From: Minisyncoccota bacterium
GTDB taxonomy: Bacteria > Patescibacteriota > Minisyncoccia > Phycocordibacterales > UBA2100
Direction of reading: 5' to 3'
Assembly: GCA_035500505.1 (NCBI GenBank)
Contig: DATJXE010000003.1
Location: 201,697-265,696, forward strand
Length of the DNA stretch: 64,000 bases
The translations under genes and the position numbers were made by a program. The notes beneath the pieces were generated by a model. The model saw only the letters and a list, made by a program, of their open reading frames with translations, ran no database searches and was not told the DNA's origin. Positions 28,219 through 36,220 of this stretch are shown one piece after another; the first letter of the stretch is position 1; every line of letters starts with the position of its first letter.

Positions 28219-29329
28219 ATATGAAATCATTCTTCGGTTCGTAATACGTCGAGCGATCTAGTTCTTCGGAGAACTTAAATTGTTCGTCGATGAATGGCCA
28301 GACTTTCTGCTGGACCACAAGAAAATGAAGGGATCCGCGTTTCAGTTTATTGTCGCGATACTCCGCATCTTTGGTAAAGTCATAGATAACGTCTTTGCAC
28401 GGCCATTTGTAGGTGCGCCACTCATTTCTTATTTTTTTGTCGAGATTATTCATGCTCCAGAGTTGGAACTCGTCGGTGCGGTAGAACGGCAGGTACTTCG
28501 ATACAGCATATTCGGGCGTTATGCGTGGTGCCATGTATTTCGAAACGAACGTTAGCGTGCGCATGGAAACCGTTTGCCACTTCAACGCAAAATTTATCCA
28601 CCAGAAGAACAGGTAGTTCGTTTCTACGGGGACAGGAGCCGCGTCCTTAACACGCTCGAACATATCCATATAAAAATTCGTCACCTCGTCATCATGCACA
28701 AGGGAGTTGTAAAACGAGAAAATCGTGTCTCGGGAGTACGGCTGATGTAGTGGTGTCGTGCCCAGCATCGCAATGAACTTCGCAACGATGTCAGAGCCGA
28801 ACAGTTGGTCATTGTGTTCGCCGTTGACGATGACATGTTCGCCGCCGAGGAGGAGCGGAAAATGTCCAGACGATTCAGTCTGAAGTTTTCCGTGAATGTA
28901 TTCTTTGTAAAAGGTGGGATATTCGGCGATGGATTCTTCGCTCATGAGTACCGTAATATTCTTTTTCTGCTCAGGGGTAGCATTTTTTAGGAACGACACT
29001 AACACAAGGGTCGAATCTATGCCCCCCGACCAGAATGTGTAGAGCGGAACGCCGAGCTTATCTGCGTGTGCAAGCAATTCACGCGCCCGGTCGTTGCATA
29101 GTTCTTCGAACGTCTTCGTAGTTGATTTGAGTGTTGGAATGGGGAAAAGCGATTCCGTGCGTATGGGAAAACGCACAGTGCCAGTCCGGTCGTTCGGGGC
29201 GACTCCCTGGCCGTATATCTTGAAATAGTTGGAGAACCTCTCGATACCCGGCAGATCAAAATTCGCCGTGTTCGCAACAATGCGCGGCGCATAATGAAGG
29301 AGGCGCGGTGCGTCAGATGACCGCACCAT
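28217..29329 (-). CDS. Asparagine-synthetase-like PP-loop ATP pyrophosphatase
   Basis: 'LYTFWSGGIDSTLVLVSF' SGGxDS PP-loop. AT-rich gene, 370 aa. Confidence 0.55.
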   Translation of the reverse strand: MVRSSDAPRLLHYAPRIVANTANFDLPGIERFSNYFKIYGQGVAPNDRTGTVRFPIRTESLFPIPTLKSTTKTFEELCNDRARELLAHADKLGVPLYTFWSGGIDSTLVLVSFLKNATPEQKKNITVLMSEESIAEYPTFYKEYIHGKLQTESSGHFPLLLGGEHVIVNGEHNDQLFGSDIVAKFIAMLGTTPLHQPYSRDTIFSFYNSLVHDDEVTNFYMDMFERVKDAAPVPVETNYLFFWWINFALKWQTVSMRTLTFVSKYMAPRITPEYAVSKYLPFYRTDEFQLWSMNNLDKKIRNEWRTYKWPCKDVIYDFTKDAEYRDNKLKRGSLHFLVVQQKVWPFIDEQFKFSEELDRSTYYEPKNDFI

Positions 29330-30044
29330 AACAATCTTTGTAGAAACGCTGTAAAGTTGCCGTGAGTTCCTCTACCGTCTTTGCTTCACGGGCGTTGTTG
29401 AAGTAACGCAGCCGGAGCAATTCCGTTTTCGCGAGCTGGTCTTCATCCATTTGGGACTTGAAAAGGATGTCGTTGGCAGCCTGTTTCGGGTCGATGTTCG
29501 CGAAGTCGGCGTACTGAACGACGAAGGGAAATTCCAGCAGGCGTTGCTCGTCGTATCCTGAATCTTTGAAGCCCTTTGCTTGAGCGGCTTTCATTGCATA
29601 GACGGTTTCTTGGAAAGCGACGCCAGTTCCGACTCGATCGCGCGAGGCACTTATGGTGGTCATAATGCGTCCGACAACCTTTCCTTTTTCAGTTGTGAGG
29701 CTCGCCTGGCCACGCAACGCATCGGTTACCTGTTCGGACGGTGTGCGCACGAATAATCGCTCGTTCGTCCAAGTCCATTCGGGGTATGACTCGGAAGGGA
29801 CGCCTTCGAGAAAGAAAGAGTCGGGATAATTGGGATAGTTCACCTCCTGGACGTAAAACGAACCCGATGTGCACTCCTCTAAAAATACAAGGGTTGAGGG
29901 GTACGGGGAGATGGTAAGGAGTCGCTTTTCGCCATCGAGCAACGCACCATATCTGCGAGTAAATCTCGGTGCACCCGTATCCGGGGTATGAGAAAAAGGC
30001 CAGCGCATATGTACCCATTTTACTGGGGCGTTCTGGTCATGCAA
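29313..30044 (-). CDS. Hypothetical protein (operon with ycaO)
   Basis: 243 aa with no motif. Overlaps its neighbours by 17-25 nt. Confidence 0.35.
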   Translation of the reverse strand: MHDQNAPVKWVHMRWPFSHTPDTGAPRFTRRYGALLDGEKRLLTISPYPSTLVFLEECTSGSFYVQEVNYPNYPDSFFLEGVPSESYPEWTWTNERLFVRTPSEQVTDALRGQASLTTEKGKVVGRIMTTISASRDRVGTGVAFQETVYAMKAAQAKGFKDSGYDEQRLLEFPFVVQYADFANIDPKQAANDILFKSQMDEDQLAKTELLRLRYFNNAREAKTVEELTATLQRFYKDCYGAVI

Positions 30045-31639
30045 TAGAGTTCATTGGCAACGGTCGTCATGAAAAAACGCTTGGTCGCTGGGTTATATGC
30101 AATTTTATTGACGATACGTTCGGTCGCTTGAAAGACTGATTGCCCCGCGCCAGTCTCAGGATCTATCGCGTACAGTCTCCCATCGTTAGAGCCAATGTAA
30201 ATGGCATCTTCCACCAAAAGTGGAGAGGCAAAAATTCGGCCGGCAGTGCGGAACTCCCATTTTTTCGATCCGGTATCAAGGTCGAGGGCGTAGACGCCTT
30301 TGTCCAGCGAGGAGAAATACGCAGTCTCGCCAATAACGAGCGGTGTCGAGTAACTCCCCGCGCTCGGCTCGTACGCGAATATCGGCGTACCATCGGTATC
30401 AAGGGCGTAAAACAGTCCGCCGAGTGAACCGAAGAGAATAAGCTGCCGTTTCGGGTCGTACGCAAAGGATGATTTTACGCTACCTTGCACACGATACTGC
30501 CAAAGGGGAGCACCCGAATCGGCTCGATATGCGTACACGATGTCATCGTTGCTTCCGACGACGACCATGTTCTTTTCTCGTATGTACAGAGGAGATCCGT
30601 GCGTGCACTCGCCGCTATGGTGCTGCCATACAACCTCACCGGTATCCATTCTCAAGGCGACCATGCCGCCTTGTTTCCGGAAAAGCCCGAACTCAAGGCC
30701 GATGAAGAGAAGACCGAGGTCGGGCGCAAGCGACGGTGAAGAGCCGACCCAATCCGCGTCTTCGTACTTCCATTTGAGAGTGCCCGATCGTGCTTCGAGC
30801 GCATAGACGTTACCATCGTATGCGCCGAAATAGACGGTGTCCCGGTGGAGAGCGGGAGAGGAAAAGATTCCTTTACCAGCCGGATGTTTGCCCGTTTCGA
30901 ATGACCAGGCGACCGAACCATCATTCTGGTTCAGCGCATAAAAAGTTCCCGCATCGCTACCAAAATAGACACGCTCGGCATCCAGAACGGGGGCGGACTT
31001 TTGTACCACGTAGTTAAAGGCGGGGTTGGGAGCGGCAAAATGCCATAGCTGTGTGAGCGCCGCTCTCTTCGCCTTCGGCGTTGTAAGTGAGAGACCGAAA
31101 TCTTCGAGTGTGAAAAGCTTATGCATTGTGCGTTTTTTGTCGAGCAGCGGCGCGTACGCAGTGTCATCCCTGAACGCGATAAGCGCGAACATGTCAGACA
31201 CGGCCAGCCCCTCGCGTTCCAGGACCTGTATCTGCGTGGTGAAGGTATTCCCGGAATTGACGAGATCGTCCACCAAAATAACGGGATCGCGTGTCGGGGC
31301 ACCTTCGAGGCGTCTCATGAGTCCTTGTCGTTTACGCGACTTTCGAATAAAAAGCCCGTTCACTGGTGTTCCACGTTCCATGCTTTTCATCACGATAGCT
31401 GCTACGAGGGCAATGCCAGCGCTTTCCATAGCGCAAACTTGGAACGGATACCTTTTTGCGCATGCATCCCAGAAGAATTCCGCGTACGCATCCAGCCAAC
31501 GAGGCTGCAGCAAGAGCGCGCGGAAGTCGAAGAGCCACGGCGCATACGAAGCCTCATCGACCATGACGATGGGCCGTTCTGGAGAGAAATGTACGATCAC
31601 GTCTTTCGCTATCGCTTCGCGAAGGGTTTTTTTGTCCAT
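30020..31639 (-). CDS. Phosphoribosyltransferase-domain / PQQ-like beta-propeller fusion protein
   Basis: N-terminal 'DPVILVDDLVNSGNTF' PRTase motif. C-terminal 6-8 repeats 'VYFGSDAGTFYALNQNDGSVAWSF', 'VYALEARSGTLKWKY', etc. (PQQ/BamB-like). Confidence 0.6.
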   Translation of the reverse strand: MDKKTLREAIAKDVIVHFSPERPIVMVDEASYAPWLFDFRALLLQPRWLDAYAEFFWDACAKRYPFQVCAMESAGIALVAAIVMKSMERGTPVNGLFIRKSRKRQGLMRRLEGAPTRDPVILVDDLVNSGNTFTTQIQVLEREGLAVSDMFALIAFRDDTAYAPLLDKKRTMHKLFTLEDFGLSLTTPKAKRAALTQLWHFAAPNPAFNYVVQKSAPVLDAERVYFGSDAGTFYALNQNDGSVAWSFETGKHPAGKGIFSSPALHRDTVYFGAYDGNVYALEARSGTLKWKYEDADWVGSSPSLAPDLGLLFIGLEFGLFRKQGGMVALRMDTGEVVWQHHSGECTHGSPLYIREKNMVVVGSNDDIVYAYRADSGAPLWQYRVQGSVKSSFAYDPKRQLILFGSLGGLFYALDTDGTPIFAYEPSAGSYSTPLVIGETAYFSSLDKGVYALDLDTGSKKWEFRTAGRIFASPLLVEDAIYIGSNDGRLYAIDPETGAGQSVFQATERIVNKIAYNPATKRFFMTTVANELYCMTRTPQ

Positions 31640-31644
31640 GTGAT

Positions 31645-32388
31645 TCAATCGTGTACCTCTTGTAGGGAGCTCCTGGTGTCTTCTCCTCGGCACAGGATGA
31701 TCGAGAGGACTGGCTGCTCGAGCCGTTCGTCTATGTCGAGCAGAGATAGAGCAACTTCGTCAGAAAACCCGATGACAGGGCGCGCACCAATCTCGCACGC
31801 AGAAGCCGCGAGCAGGATATTTTCCGATAAATGTCCCGCTTCAAGTAGCGCCAGCATATAGGCGAAATCGCCGTACTTTGCGGACGAACGTTCCCACACA
31901 CTCGTGAAGAGGACGATTGAGGAAGCGGCGGGCGCCTCTGGGGCGCGTACCAGATCACTCATCGAAAAGTCAGTTGGAACGTCCCAGAGCCGCTCGAGCG
32001 CATGTTCGGTCGGATGATAATGGAACACCCCCGAGCCCGCCCCTTCGATCCCTCTGGAAACGATGTACGTTTCGATCGGAAAAAGCGCGCCGCCGGAAGG
32101 ATATCGACGCCGCACCGAACCATCGTGTCGCCGCAGCCCCGAAAACACTGCTCCCAGATCGTCAGTGGAAAGCGGTCCTTCGTTGCGCAGTTCGAGAAAG
32201 GAGCGTCTGTGGCGAAGCGCCTGAGAAAGCGGAGTTTGTAGCTCCGTTCGCGGCAAGACGAACTGCTGCATGCGAGGGTATTCTTTATGCAAACCCCTCG
32301 GGACGTCCTTCGGGTCGTGCGTTGCCCCGCGTCTAGTAAGGCGAGCGCGCCGCAAGTCGCCGTGGAGATCTGAAAGAAAAAAAGTCAT
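31645..32388 (-). CDS. SagB-type (TOMM/McbC-like) nitroreductase-fold dehydrogenase
   Basis: 'LRHRRSFLEL', 'YPSGGALFPIETYI', 'SIVLFTSVWERSSAKYGDFAYMLALLEAGHLSENILLAASACEIGARPVIGF'. Confidence 0.7.
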   Translation of the reverse strand: MTFFLSDLHGDLRRARLTRRGATHDPKDVPRGLHKEYPRMQQFVLPRTELQTPLSQALRHRRSFLELRNEGPLSTDDLGAVFSGLRRHDGSVRRRYPSGGALFPIETYIVSRGIEGAGSGVFHYHPTEHALERLWDVPTDFSMSDLVRAPEAPAASSIVLFTSVWERSSAKYGDFAYMLALLEAGHLSENILLAASACEIGARPVIGFSDEVALSLLDIDERLEQPVLSIILCRGEDTRSSLQEVHD

Positions 32389-32389
32389 A

Positions 32390-33823
32390 TCAACAGAATG
32401 GGTGCGGTCGTTCGACGAATGGTTGTTCTAAAGGTTCGTAGCCGAACAGGCGGGGGACAAGTTGAAGCCGTTCTCCCCCGAGATGTCGCATCCGCTCGGC
32501 AAGGTGTGTTGGATGCAAATCAGGCATAAGGATCATTTCGATGTGCCACGGGGTCGGATTCGCCTTAGAGGAGGTCAAGGGTACCGAAACACACTCATAA
32601 CCTTTTTCTCGGCACCAATTCTCGATCCGTTCCAACTGCATCTGCGGTGTGTCGTCTTCCCAGGCCGCCCGAACGGGGTCTTTCTCTTCCCCAGAGACTA
32701 GGAACTCAAGATGGCGTGCATGTTCGGGGTCTTGCCAGTAATGCACGCGACCTCGGTGGCCGATATCGTCGACCGGTTTTGATGGGTCATAAAACTCGTC
32801 GGGATCGGCCTTGCGCGTAAAGCGTCGCGCACGCAATGCTTCCAAGATTGCTTTTTCGGAAGCATCCGCAAGTGAGCGGTGTGCCTTAAGCCCGAAGGCG
32901 AAACGAGGACCGACCGGACTAGGGTCCTCAAGGATCGCACAAACGGCATGTGTCGGTGCATCAGTAAGCATTGTGATGATGTGTACGCGTAGGCCGTAGC
33001 GTTCGCAGCGAGAAATGATAGCGTCGAGTGTCTTTGATCGTGTTCGTAGCGAAGAGGGGTGTATGCGCGGCAGTGAAAGCTGATTAAACCACATGATCAT
33101 ATACGATTCTCGTTCGATACACTCAAGCGCCCCGGCGAGCCGCGCGCCGATCCTTGTCGGCCATGTCGCAAGTCCTGTGGTATGTTGCATTCGTATCAGC
33201 GGTTCCTGAGGAGATACTTTAAATGGACCCCACGCCGCACTAACAGTTTGCGCCGGCACGTAGATTTTTTTACCGCTTACGAGTGATGTCCCTTCAATCC
33301 ATAGATACGATGCTTCGGGAGGGAGGCGAAACTGTGACGATTGCAGGCGTTGTGCCTCTGAAAAAGAAACGAATTGATGTGGAGCGATGATAGGGAAGCG
33401 AGCTCGCATTTCGTCAATCGTGCCGCGTCGCGGACGGACGAAGTAATCGCGCTGTGTCCACCAAATGTAACGTTCAAGGCCTTCTGCGAGCGCTGCAAAG
33501 AGAGCAGACGTATCGTTGTCGACCGACGAACCGCCGGCGAAGTTTTCCGCGGAGTCTCTCACTCGACAGATCCAGTGTCGCACTCCTGGTTCATCTGGCA
33601 ATCCTTCCGTAGGACCGTACCAGCTCACGACGCCCCGGTCGATGAGCTTCGTCGCGACAGACAATGGTTCTGCTAGGTCAGCGCGACCGAACGGCACGCG
33701 CCTTTTATCGTACAGCACGGTGACGCCGAGCCTTCGCTCAATGAATTCGAGGAAAGAAACTATGGCTCGTCGCCCCCGATTTTCTTGAGCGACGTCATCA
33801 AACCGCACTCCGTCGATGAGCAT
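32390..33823 (-). CDS. ycaO: YcaO-domain ATP-dependent cyclodehydratase
   Basis: 'AGGSSVDNDTSALFAALAEGLERY' and 'TTGLATWPTRIGARLAGALECIERESYMIMW' YcaO signatures. Pro-rich C-terminus 'ERPHPFC'. Confidence 0.8.
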   Translation of the reverse strand: MLIDGVRFDDVAQENRGRRAIVSFLEFIERRLGVTVLYDKRRVPFGRADLAEPLSVATKLIDRGVVSWYGPTEGLPDEPGVRHWICRVRDSAENFAGGSSVDNDTSALFAALAEGLERYIWWTQRDYFVRPRRGTIDEMRARFPIIAPHQFVSFSEAQRLQSSQFRLPPEASYLWIEGTSLVSGKKIYVPAQTVSAAWGPFKVSPQEPLIRMQHTTGLATWPTRIGARLAGALECIERESYMIMWFNQLSLPRIHPSSLRTRSKTLDAIISRCERYGLRVHIITMLTDAPTHAVCAILEDPSPVGPRFAFGLKAHRSLADASEKAILEALRARRFTRKADPDEFYDPSKPVDDIGHRGRVHYWQDPEHARHLEFLVSGEEKDPVRAAWEDDTPQMQLERIENWCREKGYECVSVPLTSSKANPTPWHIEMILMPDLHPTHLAERMRHLGGERLQLVPRLFGYEPLEQPFVERPHPFC

Positions 33824-33928
33824 TCCGCGATTCTAGCACAAGGGCCATTCCACAGCCTGCCGCTTGGGTTACTGCAAAGTATCCACACGCCATGCGACTC
33901 AGCGGCAAGTACCTGGTACTATGGGTGC

Positions 33929-34234
33929 ATGCGTTCTGCCAATAAGAATACTCGGGGTCTCTTGCGGAAGATCTTTCTCTCCGCGACGATCGTATTCGGT
34001 TTTCTATCTATCATATTTTCAAGGGATTTTGGTGGAGCATCACGCCTGCTTTTCAGGGAACGGGACAACGGGATAGCGCATGCCGACGCGCCGAGTAGCG
34101 GCGGGGGCGGAGACGGGGGTGGAGGCGGCTCTGGCGATGCTCCCAGTTGCAACTACGGTGACGCCGGCAGTGGGTGCTCAGATTGCGGAGCCGATAGTGC
34201 GAGCGCGGACGCAGGCGGGGGCGATGCAGGGTAA
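33929..34234 (+). CDS. Candidate RiPP precursor: hydrophobic leader + Gly/Ser/Cys/Asp-rich C-terminal core
   Basis: Divergent from ycaO in a ~430-nt intergenic gap. Core 'DAPSSGGGGDGGGGGSGDAPSCNYGDAGSGCSDCGADSASADAGGGDAG'. Could instead be a chance ORF in G-rich DNA. Confidence 0.35.
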   Translation: MRSANKNTRGLLRKIFLSATIVFGFLSIIFSRDFGGASRLLFRERDNGIAHADAPSSGGGGDGGGGGSGDAPSCNYGDAGSGCSDCGADSASADAGGGDAG

Positions 34235-34254
34235 ACAACCCAGTAAATTTTTGT

Positions 34255-35400
34255 ATGAGCAAGACAACGGGAATAGCGATTGTAGGAATGGTGGTGGCGG
34301 TTCTGCTCGCTATAATTGCCGTCGTATTCCTGTATGAACAAAATTTTGTTGCACAGCCTTCTCACCCTTCAAACCAGGACCTCTGGTATGAAACCCTGCA
34401 GGACAATCCAGCGTTCGCACTTGCGCTCCAAGAAGAAGGACAAGGCGACTACGGCGCAGGCGCCGAGAGTGTAAAGCAGGCGCTTGCTTCAGCGGCAAAG
34501 TCCGACCAGATGCAGTTGCTTGCGGTGTATCTCGGGGTGGCGTATGGATACGCCGGGGACTACCAAAACGCCGTCACTCAGCTGGAACAAGTGGTTGCGA
34601 CGAACTCGGATACTCCGGATACACGTGCTTTTGCGGCCGAGCAACTAGCTCTTGCGTACTCGCGCAATCCGGCCGCGAACTCCGTGTTAGCAATGTTACA
34701 GCAACCCGCATATAAGAGTCTGTACGTAGCGACCAGCACAAATCTAACGGCGCGAGGACTCTTTCTGTATGCGACCGCGATCAAGCCGTTGCCACTTTCC
34801 GAATACAACATTGCGAACACGTTCGCTACCTCCATTTTCAACCAAAGCCTGGTTGGCACCACTTCTCCTGCCGGCAAGGCACAATTCGCATCCCTTGAAC
34901 AGAAGTTGAAGAACCGACTGCTTGCCGGGGATGCGGCTCTTGCCACGCTCGACCAGGTTCCTTATCCGAGTTATGAACCCGAAGCTCAGGCGTTGAAGGC
35001 TCTCGTTCTCGGAAAGCTTCAAATCATGGGCGACACAAGTTTGGGTGATGCTAGTCAGGCATACACAACTGCACTCGCAAGCTATGCGCTCCAGGGTGCC
35101 CAAGATGGACAAGTTCGCATATGGTATGCATCGTTCCTAGCGGCTGCTTACGGGACGTCGCGCCTCGCGGACATAGAATCTGTTCTCGCTCCGATTTATC
35201 AAGACCCGACGCACCGCGGCGTAACCGTGGTTTCCACCTTGCAATCGTATGTGGGTGCGCTCAATTCAAGCTCGAAACGAAGTCTTGCAACGCTCGCAGC
35301 CATCGACCCTCAGTTCAGGACATTTCTACAATCCTTAGGGTGGACGGCTAAGGATTTTTCAGCGACAATCGTTCAGACTTCGACAACGACGACAAAATAG
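34255..35400 (+). CDS. Hypothetical membrane-anchored Ala-rich protein
   Basis: N-terminal TM 'IAIVGMVVAVLLAIIAVVFLY', then a 350-aa Ala/Leu/Gln-rich extracytoplasmic domain. Confidence 0.45.
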   Translation: MSKTTGIAIVGMVVAVLLAIIAVVFLYEQNFVAQPSHPSNQDLWYETLQDNPAFALALQEEGQGDYGAGAESVKQALASAAKSDQMQLLAVYLGVAYGYAGDYQNAVTQLEQVVATNSDTPDTRAFAAEQLALAYSRNPAANSVLAMLQQPAYKSLYVATSTNLTARGLFLYATAIKPLPLSEYNIANTFATSIFNQSLVGTTSPAGKAQFASLEQKLKNRLLAGDAALATLDQVPYPSYEPEAQALKALVLGKLQIMGDTSLGDASQAYTTALASYALQGAQDGQVRIWYASFLAAAYGTSRLADIESVLAPIYQDPTHRGVTVVSTLQSYVGALNSSSKRSLATLAAIDPQFRTFLQSLGWTAKDFSATIVQTSTTTTK

Positions 35401-35402
35401 GC

Positions 35403-36209
35403 ATGGCGGCCGTGTCGACCGATCGACTGTTCTATCCGGCGTGGGCGATCGTGATCGCACTCGCGCTCTTTTTTTTGGCGCCTGAAGCGCACACGTTCGC
35501 GACGAATGTCTACGAGGACATGGCTTACGCGGTCGATCCCTCGGCGTCCCGGGCCTTCGCTTACGGAGAGCGACATTTCGATGCGACGAACCCGAGCGAG
35601 TATGACCTCGATCGTGCCGAGTATTTTTTCACTCTCGCGGCGAAGAAAGATCCGTCGACTCCCTATCTCTATCATGAACTGGCGCGCATTTCTTTTTTGC
35701 GCGGCGACTATAAGCAGGCACTGGCGAGGATCGACTTCCAGATAATGCTTCACGGTGACTCCGAGCCGAATTCCTATTACGTGCGCGGGCTCATTGAGGG
35801 ATACATGCGCGATTATGGAGACGCCATAACTGACTACACGCATTTCCTGCTGTTCGACCCCAACGACTGGGCCGCCATTAATGATGATGCGTGGGTCTTA
35901 CTCAAGGCGGGACGTTTTCAAGAAGCGGCCGATCTCACGACCAAAGGCCTGAAGATATATCCGGAGAATCCGTGGCTTCTCAACTCGAACGCGACCGCGC
36001 TTTATGAGTTGGGCCTCTACCAGCCTGCCCTTGCTGCTGCCGAAAAAGCCGAGGCTGCTGTAGCTACCGTCACGGATTCCGAGTGGTCACATGCCTATCC
36101 CGGCAACGACCCAACCATCGCGGGGGAAGGCGTCGCCTCCTTTAGGCAAGCCGTGGCTGACAATGTGCACACCATCCAACTGGCGCTTGCCACGAGTACG
36201 GTACAATGA
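35403..36209 (+). CDS. TPR-repeat protein with N-terminal TM anchor
   Basis: Several 34-aa TPR-like repeats ('YYVRGLIEGYMRDYGDAITDYTHFLLFDPND', etc.). Confidence 0.6.
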   Translation: MAAVSTDRLFYPAWAIVIALALFFLAPEAHTFATNVYEDMAYAVDPSASRAFAYGERHFDATNPSEYDLDRAEYFFTLAAKKDPSTPYLYHELARISFLRGDYKQALARIDFQIMLHGDSEPNSYYVRGLIEGYMRDYGDAITDYTHFLLFDPNDWAAINDDAWVLLKAGRFQEAADLTTKGLKIYPENPWLLNSNATALYELGLYQPALAAAEKAEAAVATVTDSEWSHAYPGNDPTIAGEGVASFRQAVADNVHTIQLALATSTVQ

Positions 36210-36220
36210 CGTAAAACCCT

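Noticed and set aside
33864-34152. Alternative frames (70-aa plus, 77-aa Pro-rich minus) in the ycaO-divergent gap
   Set aside because: They lack any start context or features. The Gly/Ser/Cys frame is at least biologically interpretable. All three remain unproven.
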